NCBI RefSeq assembly: GCF_036321535.1
Contig: NC_087436.1
Span: 93,186,001 to 93,250,000, forward strand
Reading direction: 5' to 3'
Length of the DNA stretch: 64,000 bases
DNA from: Camelus dromedarius
Taxonomy: Eukaryota
Within the stretch, counting starts at the first letter, position 1, and each line of letters starts with the position of its first letter. The notes below the pieces were generated by a model that was not told the origin of the DNA, ran no database searches, and worked only from the letters and a program-made list of their open reading frames with translations. Made by a program: the position numbers and the translations under genes. This document shows positions 12,031 through 24,934 of the stretch, piece by piece.

Positions 12031-12339
12031 ACCTAGTTAATTCAACACATATTCCAAAGACCCTTTACAAAACCCAACTGACACAGTTCAAGGACTAAAG
12101 ATTTTGTTCAACAGGATGGATGAGACTTGGCAACAGTATATACAGAAAAAGATCAGAGAGGTTTTGTTTTTCTCAAGGCTGACATGAGATGAGGGCCAAC
12201 TGTGCAATTCATCTGCTAAATAAGCTAATTCCATCTGAGCTCAAATTAACAATTAACAGAAGCAATGTGTCTGGAAGATAAGAAATAATGATTCCTCTGC
12301 ATTTTCAATGGGTCAAAGTATGCCTGGAAGAGAGTTGTC

Positions 12340-12430
12340 CAGGCATGGGTGTGCATTTTAAGAAAAATTCGGACATGATGGTGGGTAGTCTGGGAACCAA
12401 GTCTCAGAGGGAACAGAAGGAATTGGGTAC
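12340..12430 (+). mobile_element. L3/CR1 LINE fragment
   Basis: tgtccaggcatggg...cattttaagaaaa...gatggtgggtagtctgggaaccaagtc...aaggaattggg follows recalled L3 consensus order. Confidence 0.5.
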
Positions 12431-12499
12431 CATGAGAACATGACTAGAATAGCCAATTGGAGTAAGGAAAATAAGGAAAGCAGCACTGGATTACCCCAA

Positions 12500-12674
12500 T
12501 CACCTTGGCAGACAGCCAGGCCACCCCCTCACATAGGAGAGAGCCCCACCAACCTCAGCAGACCCAGCAAGCTGACCATCCCAGATGTATGAGCAACACA
12601 GACTTGTTTTACAGCCCTAAGGTTTGGGGGTTATTTGTTACAAGGCTGAATTGCAACAATAGCTAACTGATACA
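12500..12674 (+). mobile_element. MaLR LTR 3' part (MLT1-type)
   Basis: Typical MLT1 end: ctaaggtttgggggttatttgttac...aatagctaactgataca. Confidence 0.75.
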
Positions 12675-12949
12675 AAGAGAAATAGTGGAAGCTCTATCAT
12701 ATATAAGAGGAAGCAAAAGAGTTCCATTTCCTTTGAAGACGAGAATGGAAGAGTTGATATAAATCCTTAGTGTCTCTCAAGAAGAAAACTTTGGCTCTTA
12801 GAAACAGAACTTTCTAAGGACTGGAGCCATCCATCTAATGAATAGGCTTTACTGAATTTGAGCTTGGAAACCAGCAAAGCCAACCACCTCATCACAGTTT
12901 CACCTGGATTGGGCTGCTGGATTGGGCTTGCCCTGGCTTAATGTCAGAG

Positions 12950-13082
12950 AGCTTGAGAACTCACTGAGGTCAGGGACTTTGTCTGCTTTGTTTTTTCGTC
13001 CTTACACATTCAGATAATAGCCCAGAATTTAGTATATAGGAGGTATTCAGTAAGTATTTATTAAACCAAAAATGAATGGAAC
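12950..13082 (+). mobile_element. L2 3' end
   Basis: tgaggtcagggactttgtctgctttg...ggaggtattcagtaagtatttattaaa...tgaatgg. Confidence 0.6.
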
Positions 13083-13662
13083 ATAGCAAGTCTGCTCCCC
13101 AGTCCATGAATCCAAGAGGGTAAATTGTTGAAACTGGGTCTAAAAGCCACACAGATCTAACCAAATATTTAGAAAACATTTAGAGAAATATTTGGAAAAG
13201 CTATTTTCCAAGCTCCTGAGAAAAGGAACAGGAGTAATAAAGGACAGGCTGAGGGGAAGTAGAAGGACGATAATTTGAATATTTTATAGCACAAAACTCT
13301 AAAAAAATTCATGTTTTATCATTTTTATGAATTAGTGAGAAGTAGCCTAGCAGAATGAGAAATGAGGAACTAGGAAAAGGCACTGATTCCAAGAGAGCAA
13401 GAGCTGGTAAAGGCTTCAAGAGCAAGGTGATGGTATTTACATTGAGCCTTAAGCTCATGATTCCAGCCTTCTGGAACATTCTTCCTCTCAGGTGGATCCT
13501 GATGCAGGCTTAGCAGATGCCATGTTTTCAAGATCAGCATATGAGGATATGAGGGGTGAAGCACACAGATAGAAACCCCTGTCCCTTGGATAGGATAGCT
13601 CTTCTTTTTCTGGACTCTTCACATAGCTCACGAACACATGGGAAGTGCTTTCTCCAGCTTAA

Positions 13663-13942
13663 TAGGGGTTGGCATACTTTTCATTAAAGGTGCATATTTT
13701 TGGCTTTGTAGGCCATATGTAGCCATAGATATTACATAAATGAATGGGCATAGCTGTATTCCAGTATAACTTTATTTATAGACACTGAAATTAGAATTTC
13801 ACTTAATTTTCATGTGTTACAAAATATTATTATCCTTTAATTTTTTTTTTCCAACCATTTAAAGATGTAAAAACCATGTTTAGCTTGCAGGCCATGAGAA
13901 AAAGGCAGCAGGCTGGTTTGGGCCATAGTTTGCTGACCCTTG
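13663..13942 (+). mobile_element. MER58B-like hAT-Charlie DNA transposon
   Basis: Degenerate TIRs taggggttggcatact / agtttgctgacccttg; internal actttatttatagacactgaaattagaatttc...ccatttaaagatgtaaaaaccat. Confidence 0.85.
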
Positions 13943-14730
13943 CTCCACATGAGCCCTCTAATTTCATCTCACATTTGTGTCCTCCTGCTACAGTGCTAGC
14001 CAAACAGACCGTCCCTGGAAGATTCTCAGTAGTGATCATTTTGATTGGATAAAAGCAACCTTTAATCTCAAGATACAGCTGCATAAAGAAAAGCGGACGT
14101 TAAGAGGGTTGCTTTGTCCCAAGTGACTCCTTCAGGAAATTTCAAGGATCAAGCACTGTTTTGCATGGGCTCTAATGAGCCTGGGAATAGAAGGTAGAGC
14201 TGTTATAGATATTCATGATTCAAAGTTCAACTAAACTCATGAATCCTACAGACACTGCTGGAGAGAGAAAAAACATATATTTCCCCCCACAGACCACCTG
14301 TATTCTTATCTAATCATCCAACTAACCTGACATGACTTCAAAAATTTGCTTCTCATCTTGAATGGTATCAATTTCCTCTCACAGAAATAGAAAGGCAGAA
14401 GAAACACTCAGAGTGTTTGGAATCAAAGAGTTAGTCTCATACGGAAAGACTTATAAAAAAGATTTTATATTCTAAACTGAGATGTTAGGAATAGACTTTT
14501 TTCTCAAAATAAATTATATGACTCTGTTTCATGGAAGCAAAAATGTTAATAATTAATCATGTTTTCCTTTTTACTGTGGCTGCCAGGAAACTCAAGAGTT
14601 GAGTTTGTACCCCAATTATAGAAATTAAATATTTATTCTTTGATTATATTGACATTTTCCATGGTCAAAGCTTTTATTTTTCCCCCTAATGATATCTTTA
14701 TATTTCCTCAGGAACAGTATAAACCATGTT

Positions 14731-14800
14731 AGCAATGTATTCATATCAAGATAAGCCAAATGAAGCAATATACTCATATCAAGATAAGCCAAGTGAAGCA
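14731..14800. repeat. 33-bp tandem duplication
   Basis: agcaatgtattcatatcaagataagccaaatga followed by agcaatatactcatatcaagataagccaagtga (3 mismatches). Confidence 0.9.
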
Positions 14801-15129
14801 TTTCTTTCAAATAACCTCTTTTTCAAGACAGTGTTCCACTTCCCCATATGTTTCTGTTCTTCATCTGGCTGTTAGTTTTTTGTTGCCATGACATTTAATA
14901 TTTACACAAACAATAAAAAGCAAAGTAACAGTTCCTGCCCACTTCCTGTCAACTCCTAGTTAGAATTTCAGATCAAGTGGTGCGTGATTGATTCCAACTT
15001 GATGCAACCAGAGATGGTGAGATGAGAAGGCCTTGAGCCATTTACTGCAAGTCCTTTAGAAAGTTAAAGACTCATTTTTTTAATGCTTAGGAGAGTAAAA
15101 TGGGACAAGGGTATCAAATCATTTTTCCT

Positions 15130-15200
15130 TATTGAGTCAGTCTACAAGCATTAATTGAGCTCCTACTACATGTCAGACGTACAATAAAAATTAACCAATT
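15130..15200 (-). mobile_element. L2 3' end fragment
   Basis: caagcattaattgagctcctactacatgtcagac. Confidence 0.5.
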
Positions 15201-15634
15201 AGTTTCTATCAAATTGTGGTTTGATAAACAGTAAACAGATGTTTAAACAGCAGAGTGAAGAACAGAGGACATAAGTAATTAGAGCTGCATTGAGGATGTT
15301 GGGAATGAAGTCTGCCATCTTTAGCAATTTGGATACATGGTGAAGTTTCATTAACTTAGATAACATCACTTGAGATAAAGACAAATCAGATAAGAACTAG
15401 ATTACACTGTAATATTTTACTAAATAAAATACTCTATTTGCAAATAAATAATGTGTTGATTTCAAAGAGATTCATACCTTACTCTTCAAGGAAATCTGGC
15501 CTCTCATGTGCTTAAAAGCCTCTATCTTACATGCTTAAAATAGTATCCTTCTTTTAAAAATGTACCATAACTTAGCTTTTTCACTAATCACTAAAGTACC
15601 TGTGTGAGCAGGGAGAAACTCACTCAGGCCATGG

Positions 15635-15850
15635 AATGTGGTAGTTAAGAGCCAGGCTTGGGCTTGAATCCCAGCTCTATCTTGCTAGCCTCCAGCTGGG
15701 TTACTTTGTCTAACTAGCTGGGTTACTTTGGCCAAATGTTTAATCTCTCTGTGCTTAGTTTCTTCATTTATAAAATGAGGGTACTAGTCTATCCTTCTTT
15801 GCGTTGTTTTAGGAAGGAAAAGGGAAAAACTTAAGTGCTTAGGAATGTTG
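15635..15850 (+). mobile_element. MIR SINE
   Basis: gtggtagttaagagccaggc...tgaatcccagctct...ttactttggccaaatgtttaatctctctgtgcttagtttcttcatttataaaatgagg. Confidence 0.75.
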
Positions 15851-15864
15851 TTTAATAGAATGAC

Positions 15865-16108
15865 TAAGCACAAGGGTATGGTGTCAGACTCCTGGATTCA
15901 AATTCCAGCTTGATTCCTCAATCACCTTGAGCACATACCTAACATCCCTGTGTCTCAATTTCCTCATCCATAAAACGAGGATACTAGTTGCATCTATCTT
16001 GCTGGGTTCCTAAGAAAAGCTTAGTGTAAAATGAGCACAATTAATGTTGACTTATTAATGTCTGTCATATTGTAGGTACTAAATAAGTGGCAGCTAATAA
16101 TAACAGTA
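15865..16108 (+). mobile_element. MIR SINE
   Basis: tggtgtcagactcctggattcaaattccagct...ctgtgtctcaatttcctcatccataaaacgagg...gtaggtactaaataag. Confidence 0.75.
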
Positions 16109-16418
16109 NNNNNNNNNNNNNNNNNNNNNNNNNNNNNNNNNNNNNNNNNNNNNNNNNNNNNNNNNNNNNNNNNNNNNNNNNNNNNNNNNNNNNNNNNNNN
16201 NNNNNNNNNNNNNNNNNNNNNNNNNNNNNNNNNNNNNNNNNNNNNNNNNNNNNNNNNNNNNNNNNNNNNNNNNNNNNNNNNNNNNNNNNNNNNNNNNNNN
16301 NNNNNNNNNNNNNNNNNNNNNNNNNNNNNNNNNNNNNNNNNNNNNNNNNNNNNNNNNNNNNNNNNNNNNNNNNNNNNNNNNNNNNNNNNNNNNNNNNNNN
16401 NNNNNNNNNNNNNNNNNN
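16109..16418. other. Assembly gap (N-run)
   Basis: 310 N. Confidence 0.99.
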
Positions 16419-17068
16419 GATACATGCACCCCTATGTTTACTGCAGTGTTATTTACAATAACCAAGATATGAAAACAACCTAAGTGTCCAGCAGTGGATG
16501 AACGGATAAAGCAAATGTGCTATATTACTCGGCCATAAAAAGAATGAAATCTCACCATTTGTGACAACATGGATGGACCCTGAGGGCTTTATGCTAAGTG
16601 AAATAAGTCAGACAGAGAAAGACAAATACCATATGATTTCACTTAAATATGGATTTTTCTTTAAAAAAAGCTCACAGCTACAGAGAACAGATTGGCAGTT
16701 GCAAAGGCAGCGGGTAGGAGGAGGCAAAATGAGTGAAAGGGGTCAAAAGATTCAAACTTCCAGTTGTAAAATAAGTCATGGGGATATAATGTACAACATG
16801 GTGACTACAGTTAATAATATAGAGTATTTGAAAAGTTGCTAAGAGAGTAGATATTCAAAGTTCTTATCACAAGAAAAAAAATTCTGTAACTACACGCGGT
16901 GATGGATGTTAACTAGACTTACTGTGGTGATCCTTTTGCAATATATACAAATATCAATCATTATGTTGTATACCTGAAACTAATATAATGTTGTATGTCA
17001 GTTATACCTCAACAATAACAACAAAAATAAAATAAGCCAAAAAAAAAAAAACCAAAAAAAAAAAACCA
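16419..17068 (+). mobile_element. L1 3' end (L1MA9/MA10-like): ORF2 C-terminus remnant, 3' UTR, A tail
   Basis: Translates as DTCTPMFTAVLFTI...KQPKCP...TTWMDPEGFMLSEISQTEKDKY (L1 ORF2 C-terminus); L1MA-type UTR gaaaagttgctaagagag; A-rich tail. Confidence 0.92.
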
Positions 17069-17099
17069 GTATGGGACAAAATGGGAAGGGATAGGGACC

Positions 17100-17275
17100 A
17101 TAAACTTTCACAGGTAGAAAAGTCTTAGGACTCATTCTGTTCTATCTTTCATCTGACGGATGGGAACATCAAGGACTAAAGCAATAGGAGGTCACTGTCC
17201 AAAGTCCTTCTGCTTTGGGGGCAGAGTCTGGACCACAACCCAGGTCTTTTGGCTTCTAGTCCAATGTTGTTGGCC
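17100..17275 (-). mobile_element. MIR fragment
   Basis: ggaggtcactgtccaaagtc...ggcagagtctggaccacaacccaggtcttttggcttctagtccaatg. Confidence 0.5.
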
Positions 17276-18169
17276 TGAAACCACATGGCACACTTAGTCT
17301 TCCTGCCTCAGGAGTGATGAGACTGAAATGGAAATCTGTTTTTCATGTCTATTTTCCACATGGAAAAAAACTGGCTGAGGATTGGGGGGTAGAGCAAAGC
17401 AAGAACAGCCACTGGCAAAGGGACAAAGTTGAATATGATTCCTCGATATGCGGTATATCTGCAAGGCAGCAGGATTTAATTCTTGGTGAGACTGGCCAAG
17501 GGTTTATAGATTAAAAATATAACCACAAGAAATAAGAATGGCTTTGAGGAGTTATAGACTGATGATCAATTACACTTCCGGATAGGGCCAGTCGATAAAG
17601 TCATTAATCATATAAACAAAACAGCCTGGATTTTTAAATAAGACAAAATTTACTAAGAGACTGAAGAGACTAATTTAGTAAGGTCTTGGATGGTAGAGGG
17701 TAAAGAAGTTCTTTTGGATGAGTTTCTCATTAACAGCTATTTTCAAAACGGAGCTCAGTGATGAAATGATCATTGCTAAGATACTCTAAAGGAAGAAACT
17801 ATTTGGCGCATTTAGTTTAACGCTGTCATTTTACAGCGAGGAATTAGATACCGAGCAATGGGCTTGCTCAGAGTGACTTGGTTAGTTTAGTTTCAGGTCC
17901 CCATGGATGAGTTTATGTCTTAAAGTACAAGCAGAGATAAACAGAAGTATAACAAATCTACACAACTGCAGAAGTCTCCACCTCCACTCATTGGGAGCTT
18001 ATGAGAGGACAGACAAGACACCACATTGATCCATATACTTTATTCCTCATGAATCTATGACTTAGGTACCCTCATCATGCCATTTCACAGGTGAGAAGGT
18101 AGAAGTGAAGGAAGAATGTGAGTGACATTAGCACTTGCATCAGCACCATTACCATCAAAACCTTTTTCT

Positions 18170-18370
18170 GAGCATGTATCAGTTACCAGGTACACATTCT
18201 AATTTTACATGCATCTGCTCATTTAATCCTTATAAGAGTCTTATGAGATCAATACTATAGTTAATCCTCATTTTACAGAGGAGAAAGCTGAAGCTTAGAA
18301 AAGGTTAAATAACTGGTCCAAGGTCATCTAGCTGGAAAGTGGTCCAACTAGGAGACAAATCTGGGTCTCT
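18170..18370 (-). mobile_element. MIR SINE
   Basis: ctcatttaatcct...cctcattttacagaggagaaagctgaagcttagaaaaggttaaataactggtccaaggtcatctagctggaaagtgg. Confidence 0.8.
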
Positions 18371-18384
18371 ATAACATCTTTAAG

Positions 18385-18717
18385 TTAATATGATTGGTGG
18401 TTGCCAGAGGCAGGGGGTAGGGGTGGGTGAAATGAATGAAGGGGGCCAAAAGGTACACATTTCCAGCTATAAGACAAATAAGCCATGTGGATGTAATATA
18501 CAGCATGGTGACTTTAGTTAACAACACTGTATTGCATATTTGAAAGTTGCTAAGAGAATATATCTTAAAAGTTCTCATCACAAGAAACAAATTTTGTAAC
18601 CATGATGGGTGTTAACTAGACTTACTGTGTTGATCGTTTTGCAATGTGTACAAATATTGAATCATTTTGTTGTATAATTGTATAATGTTATATGTCAATT
18701 ACCTCAAAATATTTAAA
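18385..18717 (+). mobile_element. L1 3' UTR fragment (L1MA9-like)
   Basis: ggttgccagaggcaggggg...cagcatggtgactttagttaacaacactgtattgcatatttgaaagttgctaagaga...gttaactagacttactgtg. Confidence 0.88.
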
Positions 18718-21700
18718 GAGTATTAGGAAGGAGAAAGTGCAAAGAAAAATCCATTTGCAAATCTTTGACTCTTCCAGCATTAAAGGCCCAAGCTGACAAG
18801 GCAGTATAAATACTATAGTGAAGACCTTAAGGAATTCCTGTAGAGGGGGGAGGGGAAACTCTTGGCATTTCTGCAGCTAACAGAACACACCCTTGAATAA
18901 AGGAAGAATGGGGCTGACCCTGCAGAGCAATTTTAGCTCTGATTACACTAAAGCTCACTGCTATTTCAGTGCCACCATCTATCAAGGGGAAGCAACCCGT
19001 CCGCGGCCTGGAATGCCATGCTAAGTGGAACAGTAAATCAGGCCCAGAAACAGCACGCTCAAAGTGCCTGAGAGACTCAGGAGTAAAGAAACTGAATGAG
19101 CAGGGTTCAGAGTAAGCATGAAGAAAATACAAATAAAAATCAACATGTTGATTTCATCCCATGGACAGACAGGTGTAACAGAACAACATAAACCATGTCT
19201 CCCAGGGATTTTTTAATTAAAAAAAAAAAAAAAAGAGAGAGAGACGAGTGAGGGCTTTCTTCTACTCTACATAGCAGTCTTCTATGCAATGGTAACACTA
19301 TACCACCAATGTCTGCAAAGAAATCTATTGACAAAGTCTGGGAAATCTTGGTGAATGAATAAAAAGGTAAGCCAAGTAGGAATAACTTCTCATTTTTTTG
19401 TAAAGCATTCAGTCTGTTAACACTTCATATCGGCAAATTTAACTAACGTTAGCAGTTGGGCCATCTAAACTGTGGCCAGGAAAATCACAATACCAAGTAA
19501 GTACAAAATGAAACGGATAGTCTTGACGGAATGCATTATTTTGCCTTCCGACTGCTTAAGCACATAAGCTCTGCGTTTGCTTAACTTTTTAAAAAGTCAA
19601 ACCTGTGATGTTTTAAGTTAACATTTTCTGGTCAACCGTAAGAGACTATCAGACACTCGTTCACTTATTAAAAAACCATTGAATAAAACACACGATAGCT
19701 CCAACAACCTTCAATTCAAGTTGCAACAATTTCTCTTCAGGAATAGAGGTGAGTAAAGGAGCCTTTGAACTAACCTGAGAGGCAAAGTCAAGCCTTTGTC
19801 AAGGTCAGTGTTAAGTTTAGAGCCAGATGACATGGTAGCTGTGCAATCCCTCTTGCTGTGATTTTCTCAGCTCTTTGTTTTCCAGTCTTGCTGATGACTG
19901 CCCCTCAGTTTCCGCAGTAACTCTCCCCTCATACTGACAAACAGGAAAAAGCCACTCAAGTTCTTTCTTACATAATGTTTTGTGTTTTTTTTTGGTTTTT
20001 TTTTTTTTTTTGGTGGGCGATCCAGAACTCAAAGAGCCTTGATGCTTTTTATCAATTCCACCAAACGTCAAGAGCAGGAAATAAAAATATTTTTCTCTTC
20101 CGACTCAAATACAATACCCCTTTGTGAAGTTGTTAAGAAGCTAGAAATAGCAAATCTGGGAAAAATTTCAGGTGCAAGATATGCATCAAAATATTTCATT
20201 TTGCTAAAAATAACCCCAAGTTGGTCTTAACATTCCAACTCACATCACCCTGCAGTGCAGGATGATGTACAAAACCTGTTTCACCCTCATATTGACAGTA
20301 ACTCTGAGGTTATACACAGGAATAAAGTAGCCTGTCCTAGGATGCTTAAGTCCCTGTAGGCATTTGCCACTTCAGGGCAGTTGTTTTCAGGATGGAAGCA
20401 AGAGACAGAAGAGGGAAGAGAGACCAAGTCAAATTACTGCATCTTCATTACCTGGCGACCGGTGTTTAGGTCAAAGACCCAAGAGGTAACTTAGGGAAGT
20501 TGGGGAGTCCCACAAAGCTGAACCTGTGACAGCAAAATTTGTGGGGTCTTAATCAGCTGTCCCAGCACATAAAAACAAGGCTCCCTAGGAAGCACAGCCA
20601 TCCTAAAGGCAGTAGGGCTCATCTAGTGTCCAGAGATGAACCTGGTGGCAATAGGAGATGTGTGTGGTCCAGGGTAGACTCCAATGTTCCAGCCCCACAG
20701 CAGAGCAGACACATGAGAAACTATGAAAAGAAAAGAAAGATGTGGCCGTAGGGAACAGGGTGATGTAGTGGAATAACTAGGTAAGCTCCTGGCCCCCAGA
20801 AGCTCCCGGGCTCCTCTCTCCTCTGTGGGCTCCTCCCTGCCACCCCAGCGTCTCCTGGCCCCAACTGCTTCCCTCAACAGCAGCAGAAAGTAGTTGACAG
20901 CTAAGTTTTCTTCAAGTCCTGCCAAGAAAAACACTACAAGGTTAAGAACACAAAAGGGGCTTCAAATATCTTGCTACTGAGGTTCTTTATATATATATAT
21001 ATAAATAAATGTATATGTTTCAGTATATACATACACACAGAAGAAAATTCACTTTCAGTCAAAGGGTTCAAGAATGTTGACAATCTTTTAAGGAGTCACT
21101 ATGTTCTTAAGCTCTTTCAACAGCTCTATTTGTTCTCAAAAGGATCATAGATGTATTTAATAGCTGTTTATCTTTCAGCTGGCCCATTGCAAACCAAAGC
21201 GTAACACAGAAAGCATCCAGCATAATCACAGGTTTGGAGCTGAGGAGGCTGGGGGGCAAGGATGGGGAGTCAGAATTATGGTAGCAAGAGTTCATCGTGC
21301 TGTTTGCTGTGGGAAAGCATGCCCACAGGTGAAAAGATTGAGTTGCAGATAAAAATGCAGAAGTAAACATCTGCAGAAGGACTATTTCCATGGTAGTCTT
21401 GTTGACATGCCCCCTAAATCTGTCAACCACGCGGGGAAAAACCAAAAAACCAACTAAGATCTGTGAAGGGACGGAGGGAGGGAAAGAGTGAGCATTCACT
21501 TAAGATACAATAACATCTTTCCACCAAGTGATAAAAACCTATCACAGAGTAAAATACACACCGCATGCTCTCTGTAAAAGTAGACACAGAAACACCTTTG
21601 TTTTTTTTATCAGAAACCTAGCCAAGTCGTCACAACCCCAAAGTATAACTCTGATCTGGGGCTCAGAGGTCTGCCAGGGGAGCTGAGACCAGGAGAGAAA

Positions 21701-22819
21701 AAGAAAATTGTGACAAGGTTCTTTCATATGTCATCCAGTTAATCGTGCTCATAATGCAGACAGAACGACAGAATAATTTCAGTCTACTGGATAGTATGCT
21801 AGCCTTGATCCCTAGGCTCAAAGAAAAAGAAGAAAGTTTCAATTTGGGACAAAATGAACCTATGGTTTAATTGTCATATATATTAAACCTGGCTTGTTGG
21901 CTTGTTTGAGTAAATATGAAAAATCCAACTTCCTTAAGTACAAGTTCTTTTAGGGACAAAACACTAAGCAGTAGTTCAAAGATGTCTTAATACCATACTC
22001 AGACCAATTTCATACTTTATATTTAAAGCTATACACCTAGGTTAACATATTTCTATTAAAATGCATAGTATGTATGTTTATAGTAAAAACTAAGTACTTT
22101 TAGCTGAGTTAGACATTCTGTGCCTTGAAGGACACCAGGTTGTCTGAGGGACAAATTCCTTCCTCGCTGGGGAAGAAAGTGCTAGATCCACCAACACAAT
22201 TGACCCCTGAATCTCTTAGACACAGTTCAATGTGTTATTCTCTCTCACACAAATCACAACCTCTGTGCAATTAGCCTTCTTTGAACCAACATGTTATTTA
22301 TCAAAAAAGACAAGCCAGGTAATTATTTCTTGAAAGGCAACCAATCCCTTTACCATTACCTACAGTAATCAGTTTTGCCATCATCATAACAGATTAATTC
22401 TTTAGCAATAATGTGAAGAATATTCTATCATTTATTTAGTCCTTATTTTCAATGTGTTAAAGTCAATTCATCTAAATTCATAGTAAGTTTCTCTCTCTTA
22501 GGGTTAATCCTGCACTGATTAAAGACTCTCCTCTAACTCTAAATAGATCAAGTTTGCTCACAGTATAACAGAATATAAGCTACCACATTCTATTATTATT
22601 AGATGGGATGGATTTCTGGATACAACTGAAATACTAATGTAGCAGTAAATCGTAAAAATACTTGTTTTATGGGAATGGAAGAAGAGAAAAACAGGGGAAA
22701 TAGGTCAACTTCAGGAAATGGGTAGCATGGGCTATTTAAGAACAACAACAACAACGAAAAAAAAAGGAGACAGAGAGAGAGAGAAAGACAAAGGGAGTCA
22801 GGAAACAAAAGGATGCTCA

Positions 22820-22875
22820 GTTGCCAGCCAATCAGATTTCCCTTTCTTTCTTTCTTTCTTTCTGTCTTTCTGTCT
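22820..22875. repeat. Compound microsatellite (CTTT)n/(CTTTCTGT)n
   Basis: Seen directly. Confidence 0.9.
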
Positions 22876-24569
22876 TTCTGTCTTTCTGTCTTTTTTGTTT
22901 TTTCCCACAAGTCTACTTAAATCTGTTTTTCTCTTAGGATATTTTTTATACGAGTTTTTACTGCTTAATTCACATATTTAGATGTTTGAATCTTCAATTA
23001 CCTTGGTTGAATAGTCTGGGAGCAGAGACCTCCTACCATTAGAACATTCTCAGGAAAAAAAAACAGCTATACACACATACACACATATTTATACCTATAG
23101 AACAGAATATATATCTCCATATATATCCATATTCATTTATATCTAAGAGTTGTCTAAGCTTGTTCATATTCCTAAAAGCAAAATGCAGCAGCAACAGCCT
23201 GGATAAAATCAGTAAGTTGAGAGTCAAGGCTTGTTAATTGTTCTGGGAGTGAAACCCTGAAATAGAAATGAGGAAGATGAAATGAGATTCTATCAAAAAA
23301 GACTCCAGCAAAAGCAGGACTAGAGTGAAAACCCAGGATGTGTAATAAGAGAAGAGGAAACTTGATGCAGTCGGAATTCCACACTATCACAGAAAAGCCA
23401 AGAAGCAGCCAGCAAACACAGACCAGTTCCTGACCGCTGCTCCTACCACAATATGGCTGGGGCAGCTCTCGGAAGGGCAGGGAAACCTCAGTGACTTTTC
23501 AAGTTGTGTCCTTTATGGTATTTGCAGAGACCCAGCCAACAACAGCCAGGGGGTTGTTTACCAAAGTCATTCTCCAGCACCACCCACAGAAACGCTCATG
23601 GAAATCACTGCCAAAGCTTACATGGGAATCAAACAGAAGAACTGGATACAGCCATGTAAAACATGCCCCAGTCATTTCGTAAGCTCGGTTTCTTCTCAGA
23701 TGGCTGTTGTGGAAGAAATGACTGCTTCCAGAAAACAGAGACCCCAGGAATTAATGAAGTCACCAGGATGAAAATAGAATAAAAAATCACTAATTATCTC
23801 ATTCCACCATTTACACTGATGACACTAGGTCTGGACTATAAGACACCTGAATTTAAAACTGCCCCTCAAAACAGATACAGCAAAAGCGAGCGAATGGTGT
23901 AAGGGGCAGGTTTCAGATCAATGTTGTTCTCCAAAAGAAAAAAAGGATTCATCAAATTAAAGTAGCAGAACATTCTACAGACCAGCAAAACCAGATGGAG
24001 ATCAGTAGTTCACACATATCCTTGTATTTAAGCTCCAGGTTCTGAAAAAGACCAAAGAGAAGCCCACCTACCTGCCACGGCAGTACCAGAGGCTGAAAAG
24101 AGAGGATGACCTCAAAGAAATCCAGCCTTCTTCACTCTACACTCTCAAACCTGGGTGTGAGGACTCTTAGGGTCGAATGACTGTTACTTCCTATCATTAT
24201 AAATACTTTTGTTCTCTTATTCTTTTACTCCTTACCTGTGCTCCTTTATGTTTCAGAGGTTGATTATCACATCATTGCTTTGGATTTCCCTCCAGTTTCA
24301 TGGGTCAATCCAATGCCCATGCTATGTATCTTTCACTACCTTCATATGACTGTAGAGTTGACTTTGCACACTGCTCCCCCGACACACACCTCTCCCTCTG
24401 CTTCCTCCCTCCTCACCCACTGCTAGGAGATTCGTGTGAAAGCACCATTCTCTTAGGTCTACTCAACATCCCTCCTCAACAGAGAGAAAGAAACACAGCA
24501 GCTGTGTTCACCGGGTCAGTAAATTCACAGTGCCCAACAGCGTCGACTCTGTGCATCCACTAAGGCAAA

Positions 24570-24665
24570 GACTACGACTGTTGGTTTCAACACTCAATAG
24601 CCAATGTTCACTTTAGTACTTGGACAGAGCAGGAACTCAATGACTATTTGTTGAGAGATTGGAAG
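24570..24665 (+). mobile_element. L2 3' end fragment
   Basis: tagtacttggacagagcaggaactcaatgactatttgttgag. Confidence 0.5.
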
Positions 24666-24934
24666 TAATCTTTTTTTTTTCTCTAAATTTCATTTTATTC
24701 TTTTATTCTCAAATTATTTTCTCTACTGAAGAAAGGAAAGTTTGTAACTCACTGGAATCATGGTTTAAGGGAATTAATGAACCGAAAAGAAAAAGACAGG
24801 GTCAAAATATCAAAATTCATTCCAATAGCCAGTCCTTCTCTACTACCTCCTCCTGCCTTTTTTTCCCCCCTTTCCATATGTTGGATCATATTACAGGAAA
24901 AAGTCTAGATTCTTTACTTCTATGAACTACTTTA

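Noticed and set aside
16021-16465. ORFs of 123-134 aa over the first gap (likewise 40537-40833 and 52931-53515)
   Set aside because: Artefacts of N-runs read as X; the last is also antisense L1 sequence.
16561-16842. 93-aa ORF starting MTTWMDPEGFMLSEISQ
   Set aside because: Remnant of the L1 ORF2 C-terminus running into the L1 3' UTR, not a host gene.
16700-18717. Near-identical blocks at about 16.8-17.0 kb and 18.5-18.7 kb (gaaagttgctaagaga, gttaactagacttactgtg)
   Set aside because: Two independent L1MA9-like 3' ends; similarity is confined to the repeat, so not a segmental duplication.
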